Origin: Malacoraja senta
Lineage: Eukaryota
Direction of reading: 5' to 3'
Assembly (NCBI GenBank): GCA_038087875.1
Contig: CM075984.1
Coordinates: forward strand, 43,524,001 to 43,588,000
Length of the DNA: 64,000 bases
Positions 1-13,316 of the stretch are shown piece after piece. The notes beneath the pieces were generated by a model that did no database searches, had not been told where the DNA came from, and worked only from the letters and a program-made list of their open reading frames with translations. Every line of letters begins with the position of its first letter. Position 1 is the first letter of the stretch. A program made the translations under genes and the position numbers.

Positions 1-734
1 GGTGTGACTTGGTCGGCCGAAGGGTCTGTTTCACGTTGTATCACTAAAATTTAAAGACTCTTTGGTTACAGTTTTTGGCACTTTACCCAAACAATCACTC
101 GACTTTTCCTTGTTAATGAGAAATATTTTGGGGCAATGGGAATGCAATTTTCCATTTCATCATTTTGATATTCTGTTCCACCACCTCTCTGCCTTGTCCG
201 CTACTTAACATTTCAAGTTCAAGTTTTACATTCTTGAGGCATGATGGGCTCAAATAATTCACTCCATTTCTCACAACATAAATCCAACTGACATACAAAT
301 ATTTCTAGGGTTTTGTTTTTTATTTCCAGTATTTTGTACTTATTTCACAAACCTTTCTTCACTCAGTTCTGAACACCAATCTCCTAATTTCCTCCAGCTC
401 CTCTGCCCTACAATCCTCGCTCTTATCTACCGCACTCTGTAATCTGCAGCCCACTAGGCTTCTCCATCTACTTCTATCATAGAAGAGCAAACAGATCAAA
501 TACCTTTGTGCACAGTATCTTGGCTATGGCATGCAAAAGAAACTTGCTGCTGGGTCTCTTGCAGCTCCACTTCTATGTGTTTGGACACTATCCAGTAGTT
601 TGGACCATCATCTTTATTGTGTTACATCTAAAATACATTGTTCAAATATATTACACTGCCTATTGGGATTTAATAATCACCTTTGAAACAAGCTCCCTGA
701 AGAAAATAGTTAATGAAAGGTTCATAACTTCATG

Positions 735-985
735 TCTTAGGAGCAGAAATAAGCCATTCGGCCCATCGAGTCTACCCTGCCATTCAATCATGGCTGATCT
801 ATCTTTCCCTCTCAACCCCATTCTCCCGCCTTCTCCCCGTATCCTTTGTCTCGTTTACTATTCAAGAACCTATTAATCTCCACTTTAAAAAATACTCAAA
901 GGCTTGGCTTCCACAGCCGTCTACAGCAATGAAATTCCCCGATTCACCACCCTCTCTGGCTAAAGAATTCCTCAACTCCTTTCTA
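735..985 (-). mobile_element. CR1/HER1-type LINE 3' end fragment
   Basis: ccattcggcccatcgag...catggctgatctatct...ctcaaccccattctcc; same 3' UTR type as the CR1 copies at 8890 and 52925. Confidence 0.8.
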
Positions 986-1677
986 AAAGGTGCGATGATA
1001 ACGTTAAGTGATAAAAGTGGCTTAAAATACATTAAAAATACCATTTCAAAACTAAAAGATTAGCCATGTGGAGTTATGGTCTATGGCATGGGTTGGCAAT
1101 TGGAGGTGTGAAAATAACAATTTAGGCAGATTAACTGATGTCAGGAGAGGCCATGTCCTGTCTGCAGTAACTAGGGTGCCAGTAGAACACAGTGTCCAGG
1201 ATCCTGCAGGAAAATGTAACATGGCCAAGTAACAGGTGAAAAATCTGTTCCAATATTTTAGGCATAATTACTTAACTAGAAAAGGACCAATTGGTTGAAA
1301 GAAACAGTAAATGCGACAATAAACAGATTAGATGCCAAAGAATGAACGTCTGTCAGCTGATGGGTTTAAGCATATCGTATGAATAGCAATCAAGAGAAAA
1401 AAGCAAACCATACAATTTAGGAATATAATGCCACATGATTCAGGAACTTGAAGGGAGAATAATTGATCGGAAAGATACAGAAATGGAGGCAGGTTTGGGG
1501 GATGTCATGGCGATGCAGCATAACATTATAGAAGTATACAGTACACAATCAACAGATAGGAATAAGGACACTATAATTACTGTTCTTAGTGAAAGTAAAA
1601 AAGAAACAAGCCAGGCTTGTCCACTCCTAACTGCCCAGGACTTCCATGCACAGTGGAAGCACAGTGGGAGCCACTTG

Positions 1678-1950
1678 ACGGCACAATGGTAGAGCTGCTG
1701 CCTTACAGCATCAAACACCAAAGTTCGATCCTGACCTCAGGTGTGGACTTTGCACATGCCCTTTGTGACCTTAATGGTTTCCTCAGGGTGCCCCGGTTTC
1801 CTCCCACATCCCAAAGACATGCAGGTTCATAGATTTATTGACATCTCTAAATTGAATACATAAGGGGTGGACGAGAAATTGAGAAAAAGTAGAACTAATA
1901 TTAATGGGTGATCAATAGCCAGTGTAGGGCCCGTTTTCATGTAGATGAAT
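1678..1950 (+). mobile_element. tRNA-derived SINE (HE1/V-SINE-like)
   Basis: ggcacaatggtagagctgctgccttacagc...gttcgatcctgacc (A/B box-like), then cggtttcctcccacatcccaaagac. Confidence 0.75.
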
Positions 1951-2258
1951 TTCAGTTGTTGAATTGAATTGAATACTTTTGTCACATGTGACAAGTCAGT
2001 GCAATTCTTTGTTTGCATTCCCAGGGTATGCAATAGTCGCTACTTAAGGGCGCTGTGGTTGTGGCATTATACATGGGTAAAATGCTGGGTGACATTCAAG
2101 ACAAGTGCTCGCAATAAAAGGATCAATCATTTAAAAATAGGCATGGGAAACAGTCAACCACTCACTCGACATGCAACTGATTAAAAAAAATGGCCAACAG
2201 TACAAGCTAAAGAGGTATTCGGGGCAAATTTACATCTTGGGGGATATCCAGTACTTAC

Positions 2259-2429
2259 TTTAAGCAATGCAGAGGGCCAGGGGAAACACGAGCCACCCGA
2301 CCCACGCGGGCTCCATTTATTGTGTTGAGATGAACTTCTGGGATATAGAATGTAACAGATGATGACTGCAGTCTAGTTTTCACCACTTCCAGAGGACAGG
2401 TTAAAATGGCTCCCACTGTCCCCCCGCAG
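2259..2429 (-). CDS. SLC25A36: SLC25A36 coding exon 2 (171 nt)
   Basis: Minus strand reads tttttctctctgttttggcag|C TGC GGG GGG ACA...TGC TTA AA|gtaagt and translates to [56 protein letters not shown](K). It has the SLC25 signature PxExxKxR and the SSSVT.YI.EV.LNT..GA / SPGPLHCLK segments of SLC25A36 rather than SLC25A33. Phase 2 matches exon 1. Confidence 0.95.
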
Positions 2430-2619
2430 CTGCCAAAACAGAGAGAAAAAGAATCAATTTAGTGGGGGGGAAAAGGGTCCAACACAGAAACAACTAAGTC
2501 TTTGGCAGTGTTTACAGAATGATAATGGCTCAGCAGAAAAAAACTTTATACCAATGAGGATTGCAAACCAGGAAATTCCTAGTCGCTGCCTGGATTTTGA
2601 CAATTTGGCATCCCTGCCC

Positions 2620-3510
2620 ATTTATTTATTTATTTATTTAATTCTTTATTTCGAGCAGAAAAAAAGAATAAAAAGCAAGTGTGAAACAACATACAAAAAA
2701 AAACACACAAAAAAAACAAGAATATTTATAAAGTGTCATAAACAATAGTTATAAATAAATGAAATCATATGTGTCCGAAAAGGAGCAGGAAGAAGCCAAA
2801 GCTTATTAATTCCCACCCCTTACTCAACTGCTTATAATTATCTTATACAAATTTAGCAGCTATAAACACCTATTTCCATATGTACACCAAATTATTTACA
2901 TTTATACACTAATCAAATATTTACAAAGCCATACAAAAAAAGAGAAAAAAATAAAAAACCCTCATATACTATACAGTATCTCTTAGTCATATATACAACC
3001 CATCACCCTATAATCACCCTTCCTAATACAATCAGTATAACAAACATCCCACTCAATCACCTATCCTCATCCCAATATCCTTTTTAAAAAAAAGTGTTTT
3101 TGTACATCTTTTTAAACTGAATTATGTTTGTGCTAAGTTTTATCTCCTGTTCCAAACCATTCCACAAATTCACCCCAGATTGCTATGCACATACTTTTAA
3201 GAGATGTTCTGACATTGAGTTTTTTCTAATTAAGTTCCCCTCTCAAATTATACCCACCCTATCTTTCCATAAAGTTTTTGTATATTTCCCAGAAGTAAAT
3301 TATTTCTTGCTTTGTACATGATTTGTGCAGTTTTAAATTTAACCAGATCAGTGAACTTCAGTGTCTGTGACTTTAAGAATAATAAATTGGTATGTTCAAG
3401 ATATCTAACGTTATTGATAATTCTTATTGCTCTTTTTTGTAATGTGCATAACGGCTGTAGGTTGGTTTTGTAGGCGTTACCCCATATCTCCACACAGTAA
3501 CTCAGATATG
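2620..3510 (-). mobile_element. LINE 3' part (Crack/Daphne/L2-like group), split by the hAT insertion
   Basis: ORF 3248-3493 (EIWGNAYKTNLQPLCTLQKRAIRII) is a typical post-RT region; (TAAA)n tail near 2620; the reading frame continues at 14172-14290. Confidence 0.75.
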
Positions 3511-4271
3511 CAGGGCCGGCCCTGGGCCGATTGAACCGATTTTTCCAAATTGGGCCCCGCGTTAATTTTCCCTATTTCATATGGAAAATACAAATTCGCT
3601 TTGTTAAATAAAGATTTTTTTAAAAACATTTGCCATACGGATTTTTTAAACAAAATTTACATGGTTTTGTACATCAGACACAAACGATGTATTAACAGCC
3701 AGTAGTGTTAACAGCCAGTAGTTAACAAGTAGTTATCCAATGCATCATCAATGCATCGATCCACATTCCTCAGTAAATGTGTAATTGTGTTTTAGAAGTA
3801 TTAATGATGCTGCGTTCCTTTGAATACAATTAACGCGGCGTCATCAACACTTCTTCAAAACATAATTACATTTTACTGAGTAATGTAGATTGATGCATTA
3901 ATGACACATTGAGAATTTCTTAAAACTCACCATCATGATTGAGAACTTCTTCTTGGTCTGCAGGTTAGTCATTCAATTTACCTATCGACCCACGTTGTGT
4001 CTGTCTTTCGCTCTCTCCCTTCCTCTCTCTCTCGCGCGCTCTCGCCCCCGTGCGCTCTCTCTCTCCCGTGCATGCTCTCTCTCTCCCGTTCCCCACCTCT
4101 CGCTAGCTCTCTCGGCATTCCCGGAATCATTGACGTTTTGCGGTATACAAAAATGCTGGAGAAACTTAGCGGGTGAGGCAGCATCTATGGAGCAAAGGAA
4201 ATATGCAACGTTTCGGGTCGAAACCCTTCTTCAGACCAGGCTATTTCCTTCGCTCCATAGATGCTGCCTCA

Positions 4272-6439
4272 AGCCCTGTCCCACTGTGCGAGTTCACCCA
4301 AGAGCTTAAAATCTCTGTGTAGCATCTCTGTCCCTATCTTCAAATTCCCACTTTGAAATAAAATACAGTTTTTGACTTAAACATTTCGCAGAAGGATCGC
4401 AATTAGTCGATTCCCACGCATTTTCAATCATCATTCGATTCAGTGTAATTTTCATAGTTTTTATGATATAGTTTTTTTTTTTTTTTAAAGATACAGAACA
4501 TTACAATAAATTGTTTCAAGCATACCCGGTACTAAACGCACGGACATTAAGGTGGTTACTGATGTTACAAACGGTTATAAATGAAAATAATTTCAAAGTG
4601 AAATAGGAGATTTCCGTGGAAAGAATATTTAACCAGAATATGGCGAGGTCGCTGCAAAATGCTCACTTAAAACAATACGCCGTCAACTCAAGATTGTTTC
4701 TTAGACCTCTGACAGGTGTTTCAATCTAACCTCGTAGCTCGCTGTTAATCGATTCATAGCTATTAATTTTCATTCCTGGTCCGTATCGAACTTCTCCAAA
4801 TGTAAATGCTTCAAGTTACGCTTCTTGTGTGGTGGTAAGGGGGAATGCTAGGATAAAATACCATATATTTGTATTTATATAGCGGTCCTGCTGCAAAAAT
4901 GTTGTCGAAAGTTGTATTTTATTTCAAAGTGGGAATTGGAAGATAGGGACAGAGATGCTACACAGAGATTTTGATAGGAAGGAAACGTTACAGCAGCTGA
5001 GTAAAATATTAGTCAAATGAATTAGTCAAATTAGTTCAATGAAGATCGGGCGAGGGGGATGGGGGTGGGGGAAAAGACTCTATAGCTTGGGACTTGCCTA
5101 AATGAGTACTGAGATGGATTATCATTCCACACCAAATTTTAGACAATAATACATTTTATGCAATTATCACAACATTTTGTTGGATATGGATCAACCTATG
5201 GTACATGCTCGTAAATAAGTAAAACAAATGTTCTTTAAGTACTGTTTCTGGGATGGGATTTCTGATAACAAATAACCTACATTCTATATTTGTCATAATG
5301 TGGCTGAAACAATGGCATATTTTGTGATATTTATTGAGATAGAAAGATACAACTGAGTTGGGCAAGATATTACCTTGCAACATTCTGTATGTCTGATAGA
5401 TATTGTGAAATGGAACTCAGAAATTATGGGAGGATTACATAAAACTACAATTCAAAGGTAATGAATATACAGAGTATTCTTATTTCCATTATGAACATAA
5501 AATAGTGATATAGGACACCAGGTCCTACTACGGTAAACTCACGAGCTACTACGGTATGACTATGTGTTAAAAAGTATCAAATTTTTACATCCTGAGTATA
5601 TTTTACTTGTGGACATTTTTCAACATGTTGAAAAATCTTCACGAGTTACCACGTTTCCCGAGTACCTGCCGTTAGCGCTAAGAAATGGCATGTTGGCCTT
5701 TATAACAAGATGAATCAAATATAGGAGCATAGAGGTCCTTCTGCAGTTGTACAGAGTTCTAGTGAGACCGCACCTGGAGTATTGTGAGCAGTTTCGGTCC
5801 CCTAATTTGAGGAAGGACATTCCTGCTATTGAGGGAGTGCAGCGTAGGTTTACAAGGTTAATTCCCGGGATGGCGGGACTGTCATATGCTGAGAGAATGG
5901 AGCAGTTGGGCTTGTACACTCTGGAGTTTAGAAGGATGAGAGGGGTATCTCATTGCAACATATAAGATTGTTAAGGGCTTGGACACGCTAGAGGCAGAAA
6001 ACATGTTCCCGACGTTGGGGGAGTCCAGAACCATGGGCCAGAGTTTAAGAACAAGGGGTAAGCCATTTAGAATGGAGGTGAGGAAACACTTTTTCTCACA
6101 GAGATTGGTGAGTCTGTGGAATGGGCGGTGGAGGCAGGTTCTCTGGATGCTTTCAAGAGAGAGCTAGACAGGGCTCTTAAAAATAGCTGAGTCAGGGGAT
6201 ATGGGGAGAAGGCAGGAACAGGGTACTGATTGTGGATGATCAGCCATGATCACATTGAATGGCGGTGCTGGCTCGAAGGGCCAAAAGGCCTGCTCCTGAA
6301 CCTATTGTTTATTGTCTATAGAAACGTCCCGAGCTCTGATGTACCCGCTACGTTCATCCTACGTGTTTACCATGAGTTTTGATTTATTTTTTTTAACTCG
6401 GGAGAGCTCTTGGGTGAACTCGCACAGTGGGACAGGGTT
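4272..6439. mobile_element. PIF/Harbinger-type non-autonomous element nested in a Penelope-derived repeat
   Basis: About 35-bp TIRs agccctgtcccactgtgcgagttcacccaagagct / agctcttgggtgaactcgcacagtgggacagggtt; 3-bp tca duplication; internal ttcaacatgttgaa palindrome. Confidence 0.8.
5680..6318 (+). mobile_element. CR1/HER1 LINE 3' fragment
   Basis: YRVLVRPHLEYC...GVQRRFTRLIPG; 3' UTR gaagggccaaaaggcctgctcctg with ctattg tail. Confidence 0.9.
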
Positions 6440-8889
6440 TCACACCCGCTGAGTTTCTCCAGCATTTTTGTCTACCTTTGATTTTCCAACATCTACAGTT
6501 CCTTCTTAGACGTTTTGCGGTGATGGCTGCATCTGCGGTTCCTTTCTGTTAGGGGGGGGGGGGGAAGAGTCCTGGCCCATGGCGGCTCCTGATAAGTGAT
6601 ATGTTCCCTCCGCGGGTGCTGCCTTGCCCGCTGAGTTCCTCCAGCACTCTGTTTTTGTTTGGCTCTGTAGTTGAAGGTGGACCCCCCCTGTGTCTACCTT
6701 CAACTTCCTGTCTGTGGTGGCTCAGCGGACGGGCAGGGGCTCTGGGGAGAGGGTTGCGGTTTTGGTTGAGACCCTTCTTCAGACAATCACAAGTACTCTC
6801 ACCGACGAGAGTTCAGTTCAGTCTGAAGAAGGGTCTTCTCTCCAGAGTCGCTGCGCTGCCTGTCCGGCTGAGCTACTCCAGCTTTTGTCTATCTTCCATT
6901 TCAGAGTCAGATCAAATTTCTCATGGGGGGCTTATAGCGTCTACCCCCCCCCCCCTCACCACCCCTTCCTTCCCAACCTCAGCCTCACGGACCCGAGCGT
7001 ACCCCTAGTTCCTAAAATCTATTTCCATCACTGATTGAAATTTATATGTAACACCACATTGCAGGTTCTACAGAGATTTTCGTGGTTTCTGTAGATATGA
7101 CTAAAAGACTAAGGGACATCGGCAGAACATATTTGAGTGGCAGTAAGCAGAAAAGGAGAAAGGTGCATTAGATAAGTATTTCAGCAAAACTATCTCAGAA
7201 AATGCAGAAGAGCAAGTGGAGCCACAACACAGTGAAGATGACACTAAAGGAAGCCAGTCTGAAGAAGTTATGCAAGACGATCAAAGTGGGAATTCATTTA
7301 CGGTAAGTGAGATCGCCCATTTCGAAAGTGTTGAATTTGACAAACAAGGAAACTTTCCTGTTGACATGACTTCTGGTGCCTCTGAGGCAAGGGAGAACGG
7401 GAATTCAAAATCTGCCAGTTTTGTAGAATTAACAGAAGATCCTGCAACATGGCCAGAAATGATGGATCAGAGTGTCAGGGACTATTTAGTGAAAAAAGGA
7501 CCACCTACAATTATAGCAGAATTTTTCCCCAAGAATGACAGTGGATCACGTTTTTCAAAATTTCACTGCAAAAGAAAACTGCCAAATGGTGAAATTGTAG
7601 ATCGTCCATGGCTAATATACTCTGCACCAACTGATAAAATCTTCTGTTACTACTGCAAGCTTTTTGATAATAACACAGCAATTGCACTTGCAAGTTGTGG
7701 TTTTAATAACTGGCCGAACATTCATACAAGACTAGCTGAGCTTGAGAACTCAAAAAAGCATTTGCAATCTATGCTCAGTTGCTGTGAACTACAGCAAAGA
7801 TTATCTACTGAAAAAACTATTGATGAAGTGGTAGAAAAACTAATCGGACAAGAAGCAAAATGCTGGCATCAAGTTTTTGAGCGACTGGTAGCCACTGTAC
7901 AGTTCCTGGCAGAAAGAAACTTGCCATTCCGGGGATCTGAGGAACACATAGGAACACCACATAATGGAAATTTCCTTGGTGTTATTGACTTGCTCGGAAA
8001 ATTTGATCCAGTAATGCAAGACCATCTGCGAAAAATCCAGAATAAGGAAATACATGATCATTATTTAGGAAAAAGAATCCAGAATGAGCTTATTAATATA
8101 ATGGGTCACGCTGTTCTACAGGAAATCATTTTGCGAATCAAGGCTGCTAAGTATTTTGCAATAATTCTTGACTGTCCTCCTGACATCAGCCATCAGGGGC
8201 AAATGTCGATGGTAATTAGATATGTAGCTGATGGTGTACAATCAAATGCTCCAGCAGGAATATATGAACATTTCATCAAGTTTTTAGTGGTGGAAAGTAG
8301 CACAGGTGAAAATTTGTACAACACCCTTCTACATGAACTTGAAACATTAGGGCTGGATGTTGAAAATATCCGTGGACAAGGGTATGATAATAGTGCCAAT
8401 ATGAAGGGACACACCTCAGGTGTGCAGGCACGACTTCTACAGAAGAATTCAAGAGCTTTCTTTACACCATGCGCATGTCACAACTACAACCTAGTTTTGG
8501 GAGACATGGCCAAGACATGTCCAGATGCAATGACTTTCTTTGGAACTCTGCAGCGTATTTACACCATTTTTGCATCATCTACTAAAAGATGGACTGTTTT
8601 TAGAAAACATGTGACAGGTCTGTCCATGAAACCTCTCTCTGAAACACGATGGGAATGTAGAATGGAAAGTGTCAAAGCTGTACGGTACCAAGCTGCTGAA
8701 GTTTGTAATGCACTAGAAGAGTTAGCAGAAAACACTGATGACGCTCAAACAAAAAGCGATGCTGAATCGTTAGTCAGTCAAATGAGAGATTACAAGTTTC
8801 TGGTCTCACTATTTTCTGGCACTCCTTACGCTTTCAAGTAAATTTTGTGAGTAAGGAACTTCAGAGTGATACCATGGATGTTGCTACAT

Positions 8890-10521
8890 AGATACATAGA
8901 TACATAGAAAATAGGTGCAGGAGTAGGCCATTCGGCCCTTCGAGCCTGCACCGCCATTCTGATCATGGCTGATCATCCAACTCAGTATCCCGTACCTGCC
9001 TTCTCTCCATACCCCCTGATCCCCTTAGCCACAAGGGCCACATCTAACTCCCTCTTAAATATAGCCAATGAACTGGCCTCAACTACCCTCTGTGGCAGAG
9101 AGTTCCAGAGATTCACCACTCTCTGTGTGAAAAAGTTTTTCCTCATCTCGGTCTTAAAGGATTTCCCCCTTATCCTTAAGCTGTGACCCCTTGTCCTGGA
9201 CTTCCCCAACATCGGGAACAATCTTCCTGCATCTAGCCTGTCCAACCCCATAAGAATTTTGTACGTTTCTATAAGATCCCCTCTCAATCTCCTAAATTCT
9301 AGCGAGTATAAGCCAAGTCTATCCAGTCTTTCTTCATATGAAAGTCCTGACATCCCAGGAATCAGTCTGGTGAACCTTCTCTGCACTCCCTCTATGGCAA
9401 TAATGTCCTTCCTCAGATTTGGAGACCAAAACTGTACGCAATACTCCAGGTGTGGTCTCACCAAGACCCTGTACAACTGCAGTAGAACCTCCCTGCTCCT
9501 ATACTCAAATCCTTTTGCTATGAAAGCTAACATACCATTCGCTTTCTTCACTGCCTGCTGCACCTGCATGCCTACTTTCAATGACTGGTGTACCATGACA
9601 CCCAGGTCTCGCTGCATCTCCCCATTTCCTAATCGGCCACCATTTAGATAATAGTCTGCTTTCCTGTTTTTGCCACCAAAGTGGATAACCTCACATTTAT
9701 CCACATTATACTGCATCTGCCAAACATTTGCCCACTCACCCAGCCTATCCAAGTCACCTTGCAGTCTCCTAGCATCCTCCTCACAGCTAATACTTCCCCC
9801 CAGCTTAGTGTCATCCGCAAACTTGGAGATGTTGCCTTCAATTCCCTCATCCAGTTCATTAATATAAATTGTAAATAGCTGGGGTCCCAGCACTGAGCCT
9901 TGCGGTACCCCACTAGTCACTGCCTGCCATTGTGAAAAGGACCCGTTTACTCCTACTCTTTGCTTCCTGTTTGCCAGCCAGTTCTCTATCCACATCAATA
10001 CTGAACCCCCAATACCATGTGCTTTAAGTTTGTATACTAATCTCTTATGTGGTACCTTGTCGAAAGCCTTCTGAAAGTCCAGATACAACACATCCACTGG
10101 TTCTCCCCTATCCACTCTACTAGTTACATCCTCGAAAAATTCTATAAAATTCGTCAGACATGATTTACCTTTCGTAAATCCATGCTGACTTTGTCCAATG
10201 ATTTCACCACTTTCCAAATGTGCTGCTATCCCATCTTTAATAAGTGACTCTAGCAGTTTCCCCACTACCGATGTTAGACTAACTGGTCTGTAATTCCCTG
10301 TTTTCGCTCTCCCTCCTTAAAAAGTGGGGTCACGTTTGCTACCCTCCAATCCTCAAGAACTACTCCAGAATCTAAAGAGTTTTGAAAAATTATCACTAAT
10401 GCATCCACTATTTCTGGAGCTACTTCCTTAAGTACTCTGGGATGCAGCCTATCTGGCCCTGGTGATTTATCGGCATTTAATCCATTCAATTTACCCAACA
10501 CCACTTCCCGACTAACCTGGA
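8890..10521 (-). mobile_element. Young 5'-truncated CR1/HER1 LINE inserted in the hAT transposase
   Basis: Intact RT frame, (ctatgtat)n tail, tacat duplicated at 8885-8889 and 10522-10526. Confidence 0.93.
8982..10265 (-). CDS. CR1 reverse transcriptase, C-terminal 427 aa (5'-truncated)
   Basis: QHGF, YLDFQKAFDKVPH, GVPQGSVLGP, KFADDTKL, RPHLEYCVQFWSP. Confidence 0.9.
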   Translation of the reverse strand: MGKLLESLIKDGIAAHLESGEIIGQSQHGFTKGKSCLTNFIEFFEDVTSRVDRGEPVDVLYLDFQKAFDKVPHKRLVYKLKAHGIGGSVLMWIENWLANRKQRVGVNGSFSQWQAVTSGVPQGSVLGPQLFTIYINELDEGIEGNISKFADDTKLGGSISCEEDARRLQGDLDRLGEWANVWQMQYNVDKCEVIHFGGKNRKADYYLNGGRLGNGEMQRDLGVMVHQSLKVGMQVQQAVKKANGMLAFIAKGFEYRSREVLLQLYRVLVRPHLEYCVQFWSPNLRKDIIAIEGVQRRFTRLIPGMSGLSYEERLDRLGLYSLEFRRLRGDLIETYKILMGLDRLDAGRLFPMLGKSRTRGHSLRIRGKSFKTEMRKNFFTQRVVNLWNSLPQRVVEASSLAIFKRELDVALVAKGIRGYGEKAGTGY

Positions 10522-11797
10522 TACATGGCTTTCTTCATTTCAAAAGCTTTGTAACTGGTTAAAGACATACAGGGAAAAAGGTTTTGATGACGCCTTGATT
10601 GACGCTAGTGAACTTGCCAAAGACCTAGATGCTGAGCCCGTATTCAAGACTCGGCTTATGCAAAAAAAAGAAAATTATTTGATTATGAATCTGCAGATGA
10701 ACCTTCGCCAGATCCAAAAACCGCCTTCAGAGTGCAATGTTTTAATCAAGTGGTAGATAAAGCACTGCAAACACTTGAGCCACGGTTTGAACAACTGAAA
10801 AAGTATCAAAATGTATTTGGATTCTTGTGCAATTTTCATGACCTGTCCAAGGACACCATAAGAAAATGTGCAGCAGATCTGGAAATGGCATTGACAGAGG
10901 TCAAGCTGGGACAGGAAAAAGATTAAGTTAAAACCACAAAACTGGCTGATGTGGATGGATACATGCTTTGTGAGGAGATGGAAGCACTTAAGCCAATTCG
11001 GCCACCAGAGATTCAAAGCCCTATGAAAATGCTTGAATTCCTTGCTTGCAACAACAGGTCCATAGCATTTCCAAATGTATTTATTGCTCTTCGGATTTTC
11101 TTGACAATCCCAGTGACTGTGGCATCTGGAGAAAGGAGTTTTTCCAAGCTGAAACCGATCAAAACTTACTTGAGGTCATCAATTCAGCAAGAACGTTTGA
11201 ACAGTTTGGCAATTATGTCCATTGAATCTGAAATTAGCAGGAGTTTAAACGTTGGCAAAATTCTAAAAGACTTTGCAGAGAAAAAAAGCAAGAAAGATAA
11301 CTTTCTTATAAAAGGCAATAATAATATGACCCGTCACGTGCCGTCAAGGTAGGCAAGGAAGGCACTGCCTACCCTGACTAAAATTATATAATGATATTTA
11401 TTAAATATAAATAATAAAGGCACGGGAGAATTATGCCTAACTAAGAGATCGATTTCTTAGGTAGGCATAATTATCTGTGCCTTTCATGCGCAGTACATGT
11501 AATACGGGAACGTGTGTGCAGCTGACGTGCCGTCGGCGCTGCTTTAAGCCGTCAATGACAGCTGATATTCTGCATTTGCAGCAGGCTACTGCACATGCAC
11601 AGCGCAAGTTTCTTGGCGGTTTTTTCAAACATTGGATTGTCATTATCTTATGAGTATCTTAGGAAACAAAGAGAGAAGAATAGAGTTTGTGTACGAATAA
11701 TGTGGTAAGTAGATTTCTTTGAGCTAAATGTTTTTAAATACCGTATTTCCCAGCAATGAAGACGCTATTTTTTACCCAAAAATAAGACATGAAAATG

Positions 11798-13316
11798 TAG
11801 CAATGTTACAAAACCTACCTTCAGCGGCGCTGCAGTTCTGCCACTGGCCATGTGTGCGACTTTGGTGCCTTTGAGGGGGGGGGGAGGGGATTAAAATGCA
11901 GGTTTGTATCGCTTGTATCTGCTAGCTGATGAAGAAAATCGATTGGACTTTCGTTCCTGGCTTTAAAAAAAAATAATTAAAATCGCTAGATAATTTAATA
12001 ATTGGATTAAAATAAAATGCGACTTTGAATGCCCTCAACGCCTACAACGTGACGGATCGTAATAACAGGACAAAATGAAGGGTAAGTCGTTTATGTTACA
12101 TATAATCTTGCTTCTTGGGATGGCTTTAATCTAAATTTTACGTTGCGAAAATGTTATTTGGGCCCCATACGAACCGGCAGTGTCTTTCCTGCCGATATGG
12201 GATTAAAACTCACTGCACCGGCAACGTTCCAATCGATCTCATTCCAGAAACACCCACTCGCAAGATGATTTAAATGCTCATTTTTGTTGGACAATCATGT
12301 CATAAAAGCATCTAAACGATCTATATTTTGTGTTATTGTCTATCCATAGTCAATATTTTTATACTAAATATACACATGTATTGTGCAAAAAATAATTTTG
12401 ATCATCCTGAGTGGATGTTTCCAGATTAATTTATGAGAATTAAAAATTAAATTCCTTCCATCTGGCTTATAAATTCATGACAGTGAGATTTAAAAATCAT
12501 GTTATATTGTAAATTCTTGTGTGAATGGGATTAGTTTGTTATTTGGATACAGGCTATTTTTAAAAATTATCCTTTTCTTAAGAAATTGAATCTACAGAAC
12601 ATTCTTAATGAGAAAGTAGTGGGCAGAAAGGCATGTCATGCGTGGTTTGAAGAGCAAAAACTTGTAGTTTACAATGCCAAAATTGAAAAGTTGAGGAAAA
12701 ACAAGGTGTACAGAGTTGCTTATTGGTTACAATCCGAGGAGTATGATGATGCTACTGGTTATGTACCAACTAGCAACTGATCTTCTCCATAAAGACCTGG
12801 TCTATTGCTAGAAATTGTAATTTATTTACCTGTTACGGACTTACAGCATATAATACAATAATATTAAAGTTCTGATCTTGAAAATATCACATTTTTGAAT
12901 TTAAGGCAGTCTGGGTGTTTATTACTACTTCCGTCACAACGGTCAATTTTGTAATTAGCTACAATTAGGTAATTAGCTAATTATATGCTTTAATTTCAGG
13001 TCATCCAAGTAAGATGTTTTATATTTGTTTCAGAATGCTTTAATCTATAATAACTGAAAATGTCATTCAGTTCTCTTAATTTTTATGAACGTTATGGGCT
13101 TTTGACTATCCTCGATCACAGCTTTTGTGTTAAGTCAATGGAAAAGCAATAGGGAACAAGATGCTAATTTCCGAGTATGAAAATGGCCATAACATTTTTT
13201 AATACTGAAGATATGAAAGTGAATTAGGTGTCAAATTAAACTTCTTTTTAAGCTTTATCTGATGGGATTAATTGCAGACTTGATTTTTTAAATCTCCAAA
13301 TTTTGTAACATTGCTA
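11798..13316. mobile_element. Non-autonomous TIR DNA transposon nested in the hAT
   Basis: Perfect 16-bp TIR tagcaatgttacaaaa / ttttgtaacattgcta; gaaaatg duplicated at 11791-11797 and 13317-13323. Confidence 0.85.

Larger units (their letters stand above)
7097..11352 (+). pseudogene. hAT transposase, frameshifted and split by a CR1 insertion
   Basis: ORF 7216-8841 has a TTF-type zinc finger (RPWLIYS...FCYYCKLF), FRG, RGQGYDNSANMKG, PCACH, TRWECR. ORF 10951-11352 has the hAT dimerisation motif PVTVASGERSFSKLK.IKTYLRS. Confidence 0.92.

Noticed and set aside
1678-1745. tRNA genes at SINE heads (also 14543 and 40000-40072)
   Set aside because: No complete cloverleaf; they continue into SINE bodies.
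2259-2429. SLC25A33 as an alternative identity
   Set aside because: The short N-terminus and the SSSVT.YI.EV.LNT and SPGPLHCLK segments fit SLC25A36.
7216-8841. Domesticated ZMYM1-like host gene
   Set aside because: It lies between TIRs with a TSD, is frameshifted and is split by a CR1.
12586-12780. Short ORF fragment inside the TIR element
   Set aside because: No recognisable motif; cannot be assigned without a search.
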